A stretch of DNA of 64,000 bases from positions 28,678,912 to 28,742,911 of the forward strand of contig NC_092675.1 in the NCBI RefSeq assembly GCF_964355755.1, in the 5' to 3' direction. Numbering within the stretch: position 1 is the first letter of the stretch; each line of letters begins with the position of its first letter. Below are positions 1 to 12,100 of the stretch, piece after piece. The notes below the pieces were generated by a model. It did not search any database and was not told the DNA's origin. It saw only the letters and a list, made by a program, of their open reading frames with translations. This stretch comes from Antedon mediterranea (taxonomy: Eukaryota > Animalia > Echinodermata). The position numbers were made by a program, and so were the translations under genes.

Positions 1-301
1 ATCTTGCAACCAAGCGTAAAAAAAAATAACATAGCATTGGATTTCAGGATACAATTTAATTTAAAAATCGTAAGAAAAGAACTGTAAAACTGTAAAAGAT
101 TTGCCTATGTCACTGTATGATGGAAAACAATTAGACAATTATGTTTTCATCGCTTAAAATCCATCGAAAAAACACCACAGTGTAAGCATAGGCGTTGCAA
201 TCGTCTATATTGGAATTCATTTATACATATAAATATTTAAATAGAATGCGATACACAATGAAACAAATATATACTATAATATACTATATCCTTTTTTACA
301 G

Positions 302-1289
302 CTATTCAGATTTTTTCCATCTTTGCTGTGTTGTTGGCAACATTGATGTCTGTGAGCCAACTGATGCTTTTGCGTCATGTCAAGATCTACTGAAAAGAAA
401 ATCGCTTCGGGCGTTGATGCTGGTCATTGGCATATCCTCCATTATTGGCAATGCACTTGTTCTCATATCAAGGTGTTGCTGCAATAAAGAGAAAACCGTT
501 GATTCCATGCTGATCACCAGTCTTGCCATCTCTGATCTATTTATGGCAGTGTATCTGCTAATTATTGCAGGGGCTGATATTCACTATAGAGATAGATACT
601 CAGAAGTTCTAGAATATTGGAAAAGTAGTTTCACTTGCAGTTTTGCAGGTGCTATTTCTACTCTTTCCAGCGAATGTTCCGTGTTTACATTGATGGTTAT
701 GAGCGTTGACCGCGCTGTAAACATTGTCACTCCTTTCAGCACTAGACGTCTCAGTCGTAAGACCTGTAAAATAGTCATCGTCATTGCTTGGGTTGTTATT
801 GCTGCTATCAGTTTCCTTCCGGTAGCTGCAAATAAACTCAGCTTTATAAACCTGCCTTACTTCGGAGAGAACTATTACGGTAAACAGAGTGTCTGCCTTC
901 CGTTACCGCTAACTCGAAGCCACTTACCAGGCTGGGAGTACGCCACTGCTATCTTCATTGCATTTAACGGTTTCGGTTTCTTGGTCATGGTCATCAGTTA
1001 TCTCACAATATTTTTTTCTGTTAAACGGTCAGCAGTGACTGTTAACAGAAGGAGAAGACTTGCAGAACAGTTGCGAATTGCACGGAAACTAGTGTTTATA
1101 ATTGGTACAGATTTTTGTTGCTGGTTTCCCATCATTTTGATGGGAATTTGCTCGGAAACTAAACATTGGGATATCCCGGCAGAAATGTATGTTTGGACAG
1201 CCACCTTCATTTTACCGATTAACTCGGCAGTTAATCCGTATCTGTACACAATCGTCTATACATGTTCAAGCGACAAAACTAAACGCTAA
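302..1289 (+). CDS. Terminal exon (hinge + complete 7TM) of a type C leucine-rich-repeat GPCR (RXFP/GRL101-like); upstream exons lie outside the window
   Basis: Acceptor tttttacag ends at 301. Translation gives YSDFFHLCC...PTDAFASCQDLL (LGR-C hinge), GNALV (TM1), SLAISDLFM (TM2), CSFAGAISTLSSECSV...SVDRA (TM3), YYGKQSVCLPL, TDFCCWFP (TM6), LPINSAVNPYLY (TM7). Stop TAA at 1287-1289. The ORF-track start at 195 is intronic. Confidence 0.9.
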
Positions 1290-1394
1290 AGCTTGGTCAG
1301 TGGAGGTTATATTATTATTATTATATTTTTAATTCACATTTTTATTATATACTTATATCTGCTTGAATATTTTATTCTAGTTCTTACTTTTTTA

Positions 1395-1525
1395 AATGTT
1401 ATTTCAAAATTAATACAGTATTTCATCAAATAGATTATAAAAATGTACAGTAAATTTTTCAATGTTATTTCAAAATAATACAGTATTTCATCAAATAGGT
1501 TATATAAAATGTACAGTAAATTTTT
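1395..1525. repeat. Tandem duplication of about 66 bp in the GPCR 3' UTR region
   Basis: aatgttatttcaaaa(t)taatacagtatttcatcaaatag...aaatgtacagtaaatttt starts at both 1395 and 1461. Confidence 0.85.
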
Positions 1526-1578
1526 ATACCCTTAAATAATATTGATTAGAATCTGCTTTAAGCCTAATTAAATATCAT

Positions 1579-1728
1579 CAGTGGCGTATCACAGAGGTAT
1601 GAGGCACTTCTAAGTGGCCTCGGGCGTTTTTAGCCCTTTCGGCATATTTTAATACCTGTTTTTTTGTTTGTCTGGGTACTGTCCATGGGCCCCATAAGCT
1701 CCGGGGGCTCACATCCGTTACGCCACTG
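1579..1728. mobile_element. 150-bp non-autonomous hAT-type MITE
   Basis: Terminal inverted repeats CAGTGGCGTA...TACGCCACTG, with a perfect 8-bp target-site duplication AATATCAT at 1571-1578 and 1729-1736. Confidence 0.9.
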
Positions 1729-2219
1729 AATATCATCAAGGCTAGAATGAACAAATTTAAAGAGGAAGGTCGAAATGGTTCCAATCGTTATGTAACGAAT
1801 AAACAAAGATTAGTGAAATTATTTTCACTTTTCACTATTTTTTTTCTTTTAAATTGATCAACCCCACCCACGATATTACAGTTGTACAGTATTCGATTTT
1901 GTTTTAATTCTATTGAATACGTGTGATCATTGTATGTAACATAAGACATGCATATTTACACTGATATTTTTCAAGATTCACACTTCAACAGAAATACAAA
2001 CTATAATTGATAACACATCTGACGTGTGTGTGAATTCAGACCAAGGCATCTTGAATGAATAAAAGTCTATGCGGAAAAAAATTGATATAAATTAATTTGC
2101 ATAATATAAAATTAATTTGTATGCATTGTATCTTTAAAATTATGCTGATTAGTGATCGTAAACGATAAGCACTAAATAGTCACGCTCTTCGTATGAAATA
2201 CTATAGAATTATAAAGATT

Positions 2220-3024
2220 GAAAATTATCGATGGCCAAAAATTATGTTTATCGGAATGCTAAAACTTAATTGTGAATTTAAAGAATTAAAGTGTAAGTTT
2301 CTATCTTGATAGGCCTAAACGATATTCTCTTGAAGTGTAATTGTGAATTCAAAAATATTTTCACCACTCTTTCAAATTACAAAGAAGTCTAATTTCCAAT
2401 TTCTGAAATGTTAAGAAAACTTAACTCTATAATGATAGATGAATGGAAAATTGAATTACAACAAAAATCAAGTCTCCACATCTATAAAACATTAATATCA
2501 AAACCTGAACTTGAAAACTAATTAATTTATAAAACTAATTTTGAAGGTGCTGCATTAAAATTTAAAGTTCGTTCAAATACTCTACCTTTAAATGATAGAA
2601 CTGCAAATTGGAATATTGATAATTATAAAAAATGTAAATTATGCGGTACAAATTCGGACGAATACATCCATCATTTCATCCTTAATTGTCCAGCTTTAAA
2701 TAATATACATAATCAGGAATTATTTAATTTATATGTGGATATGTATAGAAATGGCAGCAAAGATATGTTTGATACATTTTATACTTCTCATGAAAATTAC
2801 AAATTTAAATATATTTTGGGATACTCAGATAATTTAGTTGATGAAAAGTGTGAAAATATTTTGGATAGTTTTTGTAAAAGATACCTAAGTAGAGCATAGT
2901 TATTTTTGCCGTTATACTTTTCTCTATGTAATTTATTAAATGTTATATTGTTATTGTGAAGGATGCACCTTTGTACTAAGTGTGCCACCGATCTAAAGGT
3001 GTGATTCCGAATAAATAAATAAAT
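2220..3024 (+). mobile_element. Decayed 3' end of a non-LTR retrotransposon (ORF2 C-terminal CCHC zinc-knuckle region, RTE-X-like) with a (TAAA)n tail
   Basis: Frame 2408-2899 reads ...EWKIELQQKSSLHIYKTLISKPELEN*LIYKTNFEGAALKFKVRSNTLPLNDR...KCKLCGTNSDEYIHHFILNCPAL..., with one internal stop. A short 3' UTR ends in aataaataaataaat at about 3010-3024. The 5' boundary is approximate. Confidence 0.75.
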
Positions 3025-4782
3025 CACGTTTTTAAATATTATTATTTAGTGCTTAAAAGTACGTACATTTGTGTATTGTATTGTAGGCCTATTCAGTAGG
3101 CCTATTCTTTATTTTTCCCACAAAATTCATAACAATTTAGTTGGTGATAAGCTTTGATTACCTTAATCTATACCTCATCACCATTTGTCAATCATATGTT
3201 TGTTTTTCTTTGACATTAAACGGATTATTATGTAAATAAAAAAGAATTTTTGAATACTTGAATTATAATATTGCACTTTAAAAAACCAATATTTGTTATA
3301 GTTGTTTAAAATATTGTATTTAGGTAGGCCTATTTATTTTAGAAATTGTCTTTTTAAACTATTTTATAGCCACTGTTTAAGTAACTATCCGTGCTTATGT
3401 CAATTACAAATTTGTTTATTTATTAGGCCTAAATTTGTTGTATTTTCACTCCTTTTATCGTACAATGTACATATATCTTTTTGTCTTTGTATTGTTATTT
3501 TACTGTTTTAGTAAGCTTAAAAAAGTTTTTATACATGTTTTTTACCTTGTATTTTCTATAAAAAAAACAGGACCATATATAAAACAGGTGCTACATCTAA
3601 ACCTGATGTTTTTATCCTGTATAAATACATTTTAAACACAAAAAAAAAATGTGACTTATGATTCATAATATTACAATTGTTATATTAATTATGAATGGAT
3701 AATGGATTGTTTACAAAGGTTTTGGCATTTCTGGTGTGAACATCTATATCTGTTAAATGCAATGTTTGTGATATCTTATTGCTAAATGTATGTGTTATGT
3801 TGTTATTTATTGTATTTTACATCACTTACACTTAGGCCTAAAGATGTATTCAATTGTCCTCAAAAAACATAGAACATCAAGCTTTATTCATTTTCGTTGA
3901 AAAAAAATGAATTGAAAAAAATAAAACGGTTAGTGTTAACAAAAAAACATTTTCTGGAAGAGTTTTACTTTAAATTTGTAGTTTTTCATGTCTATTATTT
4001 GGCGTTTAAAATGGCGTATTCAACAAAATATTTTTTTTTAGGGGAACAATATATCTTTAAGCAGGTGTACACTTTTATCTTGTCATTTTTATGCGACTTC
4101 ATAGATAAATAGGCCTATATATATTGTTACATTATACCTATTTGTGGATATTGGTATTGTACACTAAAACATACTCAGATTCCAGTGTTTTAATGATGTA
4201 TACATTTACACATATAGGCCTACTATATTTTATCTAGATTTATCTTACCGTAAATTATTAAATATCCATGTGGCACGTGCAAATTATTTGGTTGAGCTTT
4301 TTTTTAATTAGCATTCTCTAATTGAATATTTGAGGAAATTCAGCATTTAAAAAAAAATTCAGGATCAACAGGAGGCGTGTCTAGATATGCGCGTAGTCTG
4401 GATTCCAGACGGAGTTTTGAATAACAAAAGGAACGTACAACATCAATCAATAGATTTAATATTAATTTCAAATTTAAATAACATTTCAACTTTAAATATA
4501 GTTTTCAAACAAAAATATCATAAAAAGTGACAGTCGTGTGAATAAAACTCGCTTTTAATTTGCAAAATGTTGTTGGCACGATTAAACTTAGTTGTCACTA
4601 GAACGCAATGAAGTAGACGTAAAGCCTGTGATTGGTCAAATCACTTGCGTCTTAGTGGGACGTATTTAATATTTGCGATGTTATGGCCCAGCAATTAGAA
4701 CACTAAATCAAAGGGAGATTGAGTTTATTGTATATGTTTGGATCAGACAATTAGTGACAATTTAAAATATAACTTCTTAATA

Positions 4783-5134
4783 CAGTAGAACCCCTTTTGG
4801 ACACGCCTATTCAGGAGACACCACCCTTGATTGGGACACGCCTATTCAGGGACACCACCCTTGATTGGGACACCACCCTTGATTGGGACACGCCAATCAG
4901 GGGACACCACCCTTACTTGGGACACGCCTATTCAGGGGACACCACTCTCTAGTTGGACACGCCTATTCAGGGGACACCACTCTCTAGTTGGACACGCCTA
5001 TTCAGGCTTCACCCTCCCATGAAACAAATGAGGAAAAATATGTTTTAACACTATAGTCAACCCACCTTCAGTAGACAACTCTATTAAAGTGACACTTTGT
5101 TGTGTCTCAAACGAGTCCCCTACTTTTACCACTG
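4783..5134. mobile_element. CAGTAGAACC-type (Tc1/mariner/pogo-like) MITE with internal tandem GGACAC-containing repeats
   Basis: Begins TA|CAGTAGAACCCC and ends degenerately ...ccactg|TA. Internal 35-40 bp units ttgggacacgcctattcaggggacaccac are repeated about 5 times (4800-5005). Confidence 0.6.
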
Positions 5135-5988
5135 TAGTAAGATTTTCAGATTTGTAACTACACCAAATGATGTTACAATTGTTTTGTTACACACTATGCA
5201 TTCGAGTAGTGTTATAAAAGTTTGTTATTTAGCAGCAATCTGTTCACTTTAGTTGTTATATTCATACTAAAAAAAAAATTAATGGTATAATTATGCCTAC
5301 ATTCCCTTCTCAACAATGACAATAAGGAGAAAAAAGTCATGGTTCTGATGTAAAATATTATATAGAAAGTAAATACAACAAAACCGGAATAATATAATAA
5401 ATATAAACAAATAAATATATTGAAATTGTAGGTCATCATCCCTGATACTAGATAGCGTATGTATTCAATTGTAAACATAAAATCTAAGCCTTTTGATACA
5501 GATGCATTTAGTCTTTAATAAAGATGTCCTATAATGCCTTTTATATATTCACAATCTATGTATTAAACAAACATCATTATTGAGCACCTTTAAGTCACTA
5601 CTCAAAAATCAAATTATCTGATATTTTTGGCAGGGCCATGTTGGAATGGCGCTATATTAAACGATTGATTGATTGATGCTCAGGTTATTGTTATTATTGG
5701 TATAATATTGTAAACAGTCTTGAGAGCATACAATATCGCCACATTATTGGTATTGATAGCAATAGCAATTATTATTAGTCGGGCACTTTCATTTTATATA
5801 AATTAATGTGACATTGGATTATTTTCAAACACACAACATGTACCGTGGTTATCGCTGCGACATCACACCAAATATGGGAAGAAACTTGCCATCTTCTTAC
5901 AAATATTTTACTGTTAAAAATTTGGTATCAATGGCGGACTAGTAACAGGCTTACAGATTTTGTGCACACATATTGCTAACTCCAGCGT

Positions 5989-6089
5989 CCCCCGAAACCC
6001 ACCTAACCACACCCTGCAAACCCACCCCACCAGCACAACCCACCCCACCCCCGCAAGACAACCCCACCCCCGCAACCCACCCACTTCCC
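5989..6089 (-). repeat. G-rich low-complexity tract at the start of the FAF1 3' UTR
   Basis: The plus strand has more than 10 runs of C3-C5, so the FAF1 mRNA carries GGG runs starting about 30 nt after the stop codon. Confidence 0.7.
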
Positions 6090-6119
6090 ATCCTAACAAT
6101 TCTTAGGTATATACAAGGG

Positions 6120-9100
6120 TCATTCTGCATCGTGTCGTTCCTCAACAAACAATGTCTCTTGTGGATATAACCCACATTCTTCAAAAGTCTTAGCACCATC
6201 TAATGAAGTAACCTGGAAGAAAAAAAAAACAAACATCTTAGTTTTGCTTAATTATGATACAGTACATACATAAATACTGTTTTTTTCTTTACATATACAA
6301 AATATCACCAGAATAATATTATCTCATTGGTAAAAATGATCGTTAATGTGTTTTGCTGTTAATGATTTGTTTTGGGTATCGTGTATAGTAAACAATGAAT
6401 ATGCTATGTGCTTTCTAGACGTGGCAAAATGAGGAAAACCACATTTTTTATCTTTAGGCTCTGTCTACACTATCAAACTTTATGTGACAAAAGAAAATGT
6501 GATTTGCCCATATATGGACATTATGACATCATATCACTACCATATTTAAGCATATCACTACCATATTTGGGCACATCACAAACTAGTTTGATAGGTTTAG
6601 GTGTAAGAGGGGAACTTACATCTCTTTTTGGCCATGTAGTTAGTAGTTTATATTCTTCTGTACGATAACCTTTTGAACCAATGAAGTAAAACAAAGTCTC
6701 TAGCGCATGATTGCCATAAAATCTACGGATTAGGGTCTCTCCATTAGGTAGCCTCATTCTGAGCGTGCTCACACCATCTTTAATATCGGCGGGTGGTTCT
6801 TCCGATACTTGTTGTTCTAGGGATAATCTCATTGCCTAAGAAAAAATTGGATTATTTTTTAATTGACAACCAGATAATGCAGACAATATCGAACTCAAAA
6901 GACAATTTATCCTAATGAAATAACGATAAATATATTATAAGGACTGGATGATTAACTCACCATGGAAAGAGATCACATGATATGACTGAAGCAGTCAGCC
7001 AATTAGCAAAACACCAATTACACACATTTTTCAATATTTAAAATATATTTTTATGAATGTCAACTACTTACCTCTTCATTTTGTTCACGTTCTTTTCGTT
7101 CTCTATCCTCTCGTTGTTGTTTCTCTCGTTCTTCTCTTTCTGTCCTTTCTTTTTCTTCTGCCTTTGCTCGATCGGCTATAAGCGATTCTTGATAGGCTGC
7201 ATCTTGTTCTTGTCTAAGTCGTTCAGCTTCGAAACGCTCAGACTGTAAAGTGAAAATTAAAAGAAACTTTGCTTTGCAGACCCTGCTAGTTTTAAAAGAT
7301 TGGAGACAATTTCAAAAGCCGGCGAGCAGTCTTAAAGTAACAAGTAAACTGAAATTGCATTTTCTCAACAAATACTTGTCCAAAAAACTTTCATTTTTAT
7401 ACAAGAGACAAGACTTATAAGTTGTGATTTGTAATTTTAAAACATAATTGTTATGCATGAAATTGCTGACATTTTAAAATTGTACACATGCATGATTATG
7501 TATAACTTACATCTTCTGCCATAGATACAGATCTTTGATGATTGAATACATCAACAGAATGTATCAACGCTGTCATCATTTCATCTAACGATGTGTTTCC
7601 TGAAATATTAAAAATAGTTAATATCAATTTATTTATTTATGCTAATGAGGTGCCTTTTGCCAAACATTGACGCAATATTAATTTTTTTTATTATTATTAT
7701 TACAAATTCTGCGGTTTGTTTTTAAAAGTACCCTCTATAGTTTTGTGTGTTTTTTCGATTTGTATAGTGTCCTCTATAGTTGTGCAATTTTCGATTTGTA
7801 TACTGCCCCCTAAATTTTTATGTTATTCAGTTTTCAGGAACAAAAACATATAAAACAGAACAGTGGTGCAGTACCCTCAGGATTGCCATGAGTGTAAAGC
7901 ACTATCAAATTGGCTCTCCATATAAAAAATGTCGTGTATTTTTTCCAATTTGCATGTTTTGCTTTCCTCATTGCTCCTAATATTTCAAGTTTCCAAGTTA
8001 GGACTTCTGAATTTTTTTTTTTATATAATGAAAATATGAAATATCTGCCCTGCTCCTCACCCTGTGATATTGAAAATACTTCTGCATTTGACCTAGACTT
8101 CATAACAATGAGAATGATAGGGAACTGGTCGTCTTGTATATTGCGTACTGTTGATGCTGCCATGCTGCCAAAGTGTTCTGTACACATATTTAATAACCTG
8201 CACATAATAAAGAACATTACTAATAAATCATTGTAAAAATGTTAAAGTGTAAATCAGCACATATTACAAACACTTTTGATAACAAAGTTTTAAGCTACAG
8301 TAAAGATATCATAAGAACTAGACTTGTATGAAGGCAGCTGTATTAAAGAAATTGGTTAAAAACATTTTTTTTATATTTTATGTGGCCAAGGATTATCAGT
8401 AATAAATTAATCACTGTTCTATCAGATAGGTGGGGATATTTTATGAAGTGACCAGTTCACCGGGGTAACCCCTTACTCGTCTTGAATGATGAACTGGGCT
8501 CTTCAACTGTGTACACTGGACCTACGGTTTATAGTTCGTATCCAAGATATCTAATAACATGCACATGATAAAGAACACAAACCAATAAATAAGGAAGCAG
8601 TTAGCCTCGAACCCATGCCAATATTGTTGGCTCTTTAGGTACGGTAAACGGCGCCCCTGCCTTAACCGCGCTGCCATTTCGACTCGCTCCTCATGTATTA
8701 AAAACAATGTTGAGACGTATAATGAACAATCCTTCATGGTAATACCAAAGGATAGAATATTCAATAATAAACATGCACTTTATAATAAGCACTGACCTTG
8801 CTTTGTTTATGTCCAGCGTTAAATCCCATGCCCAGGTCACAAAATGATGGCTAAGATAAGACACGATGCTTTCTGAACATAACAATTGACTACAAAATAC
8901 ATTAACCTGTACACTACGATCATGATGCAGGTATATTGCTAAAGGTTTCCTCTGTAAAATAGATAAAAAATAAAAGAAATGTCAGCGACCTGTCAACCGA
9001 GCAAGTATACTTCAAGAAAAAAAAATGTGTGAGAAATTGATTTTGAGAATAGGTTGAGAAATCATCTTGTATCATCGAGGCATTTGCTGGCATTGACTAC

Positions 9101-12100
9101 TTTTAAAGATGTATTGTTTCCAAAAAAACATGAAAAAAGAAGATCAATAAAAAAGAATTTGAATAGGCCATTTCGCAATTTTAATCAAGTTAATCACTTC
9201 TGTAGAATAAAAACTACAAAAGATTTCAGTTATAAAAACACAAAATAAACATTAATTAAACCAAAACCAATTTTTTTAATTACAGTTTTTTTCAGGTGCA
9301 TAATTTTTTTCCGATCCAATTTTTTTTTTTTTCAAAGTTAATAACTATTATGTGACATTAAAATGGCATGTTGAACAAAAACATTTAAACAAATTATTTT
9401 TTCAGAGGTGTTTGACAAGAATATATTAACCAAACTTTAACTTTACTCACATCAACTAATTGTGGTTTAAAAGCTTCCTTTGTGGCATCATCTAATGAAC
9501 CTAAAAAGAAGAATGGATGGGTTTGCCCGTAACGTTCCTCAAATTCTTGTGTAAAAAAAGTTAGTGCTTCAGTGGGATCATCAATTCCTGATGGTACTGA
9601 AAATCAAAACAAATAAATAAAATCAACAATAGTCAATAATTATATAACAATAATATATTAACATTAATTTATAAACAATAATCAATAAACATTGTTGTAA
9701 ATCACAATCATCTAAAATTTAACGTAAAGCTTTAGTTTTTATCAAAATGTAATCATTTAATAATGAGAGAGTGATAAATATGAAGAACTCATGCTCATGC
9801 AACCAAACCATTTAAAAAAAATGCAAAAGCTATCATAATATTGATGTGCAGATAAATGTTAATTAGTTTGTCATTTTTGGTGCATCTCTCCATCTCTGCT
9901 ACCAGCAACAAAATAATAATAATAAAAATTACCGTAATAATAACAGAAATTTATATAGCGCAAATTAAAAAATGAAATCAAAGGCGCTGTGTGCAAATAA
10001 AGCAAGGTCAATACAAACTCTGAAAAAGGTGTGTTGATTAACATTTGCCAGAAATCACTTAAATTATAGGACAAATTAGCATTACTTACATAAAGGTTTA
10101 AATTTATGAGATTGGCCATTATTGTCATCACCAAAAAACTGTGCATCATCGTCTAAATCAAGAGTATCTGTTGCATCTTCAAACTCATCACTATCTGTGA
10201 CAACATCTTCATCATCTTCTGATTTCTTTAAAAAAAAAAAGATTATAATATTTACAATTAACAGCTGATTCTATTTTTTAGTCATAAAAAAGCATTAAAA
10301 GCTCTGTCTACACTATCAAAACTTATGGACAACAAAATGCCCATATATGGACATGATGATGTCATATCACTACCATATTTGTCACAGTAGTTTGATAGTG
10401 CAGACAGAGCTTAAAACATTACAATAAAACAACTTTAAAGCTAGTACACAATGCAAGAATGCGACGTATCCATGCAAAGTGTCGTAAGAACATGACACAT
10501 CTTACCAGTAGGGACCGGACACCGTTTTCTGCTTTGCATATGTTGCAAGAGGGGGGTGGGAAATTGATAGTATTTTCTTAAGCTCTGTCTACACTATCAA
10601 ACTTTATGTGATGCGCCCATATATGGACATGGTAATGTCATATCATATAAGCATATCGCTACCATATTTGGGCACATCACTTTTTTGTAAAACTAGTTTG
10701 ATAGTGTAGACAAAGTTTTACGTTTTGTTTTGTATTATTTATTTATACTGGGAGACCGCTTCAGTCAAAGACTGGTGTTCCAGAGAGCCCAGATTATGAT
10801 CAGTGGCTGTGATGTACTAGTACACCAGGGTAACCCACTACTTGTCACGAAAGATGTATTTTACACTGGACCTACGGTTTATAGATATTATATAATTATA
10901 ATACTTACATGTGGTTTTGTATGGTTTTCCTGTTTTCGACAAAATGTTAACCTATGATTTGGAAAGTTAAAATTGCAGTCAGCTAATGTCAACTGAAAAA
11001 AAAAGAAAATAAAAATAAATTTTATATAGTTTGAATTGAATAAAAATGTACTTGGTAAAAGTAACCCTGGACACGCATTCCTTTCTGAGTATGCCACAAA
11101 TTATATTTTCTGAATAAATCATTTTTATTGGTTATCCGCACTTGGCGGATAACCCCTTGTTATTGTCAGGATCTTTTTTTTTTTTTTTTTTTTCTATGTT
11201 CTTCTTTCTTTCCCAGAATTTTGTTGCTAGTGTATCTCTAAATCTTCTCAACATAACATTGTATAACTTTATCAGAAGATTGACCTCTATCTGAAGATGT
11301 CGTAATAAGGTTTTCGGTCTCGTCCGAGTTGCGCAGCATAAGTTACGCGCGATTTTATGAATTTCAATGATTGATCATAGATTAAAAACCAAAAGTCATT
11401 TTGTATTGACACTTGGTGAAAATTTAAGTCATATGAAGGGAAACTTTCTATGGATTAAAAATGGCATGTTTCACAGAAAGTTACGCGCGCACGCTCGTTT
11501 AAAATTTCAAAATGCGAAAAATCAACTTCTAATCAACTTTCTACACGTTTCATGTCATTTTGAGCGTTTCAAAAATTCCCACGGCCGCGCATTTTTTTTA
11601 CGCGTGCGTGCGCATGTAGCGCAAAAAACATCTATTTTTGCCTGATTTTTGTTTTTTCAGCCTTTTTTAGTAATTTTACCAACTTTCAAACAATTTTCAC
11701 TTAAAATCACGTCATACGAGCACATAGAATTGGACAATTTGCGTGCGTTTTTTATGAAAAAGTTAAAAAATTTGTGAAAATTATGCCTTTCTTAAAACAG
11801 TCATAGATTGTAAACTACGTGGTGAACTTTTTTAAAATTACATATTCTGGAAGTTGATGAGTTGTAGATATCGAATCATGCATCGATATGGCTAACCGGA
11901 CATTGTGACATCATCGTATGGCCACTCGAATATGAAATATAGGATTTTTGTCTCTTTCGTCATAGCTCGTCACATTGAATAGAGCGCATCTCCTTTATTC
12001 GTATTCCAATTCCCTCAATTTTTTTATTATTGTCTAGGTCAATCGATTATCTTTTGCATGATTCACCATTTTTAAAATTGTGATGACGTCATCATGTTCA

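Noticed and set aside
195-301. N-terminal 36 aa of the 364-aa ORF as the real GPCR start
   Set aside because: It has a non-ATG start and AT-rich intronic composition, with a clear acceptor at 301. LGRs need an upstream ectodomain, which must lie outside the window.
5914-6199. Pro/Gly-rich ORFs on both strands
   Set aside because: They are by-products of the C/G-rich tract and overlap the true last FAF1 exon in other frames.
10506-10576. Extra FAF1 exon suggested by a GTAAG donor at 10505
   Set aside because: No acceptor gives a phase compatible with the flanking exons, and exon 10992-10909 joins 10225-10090 in frame without it.
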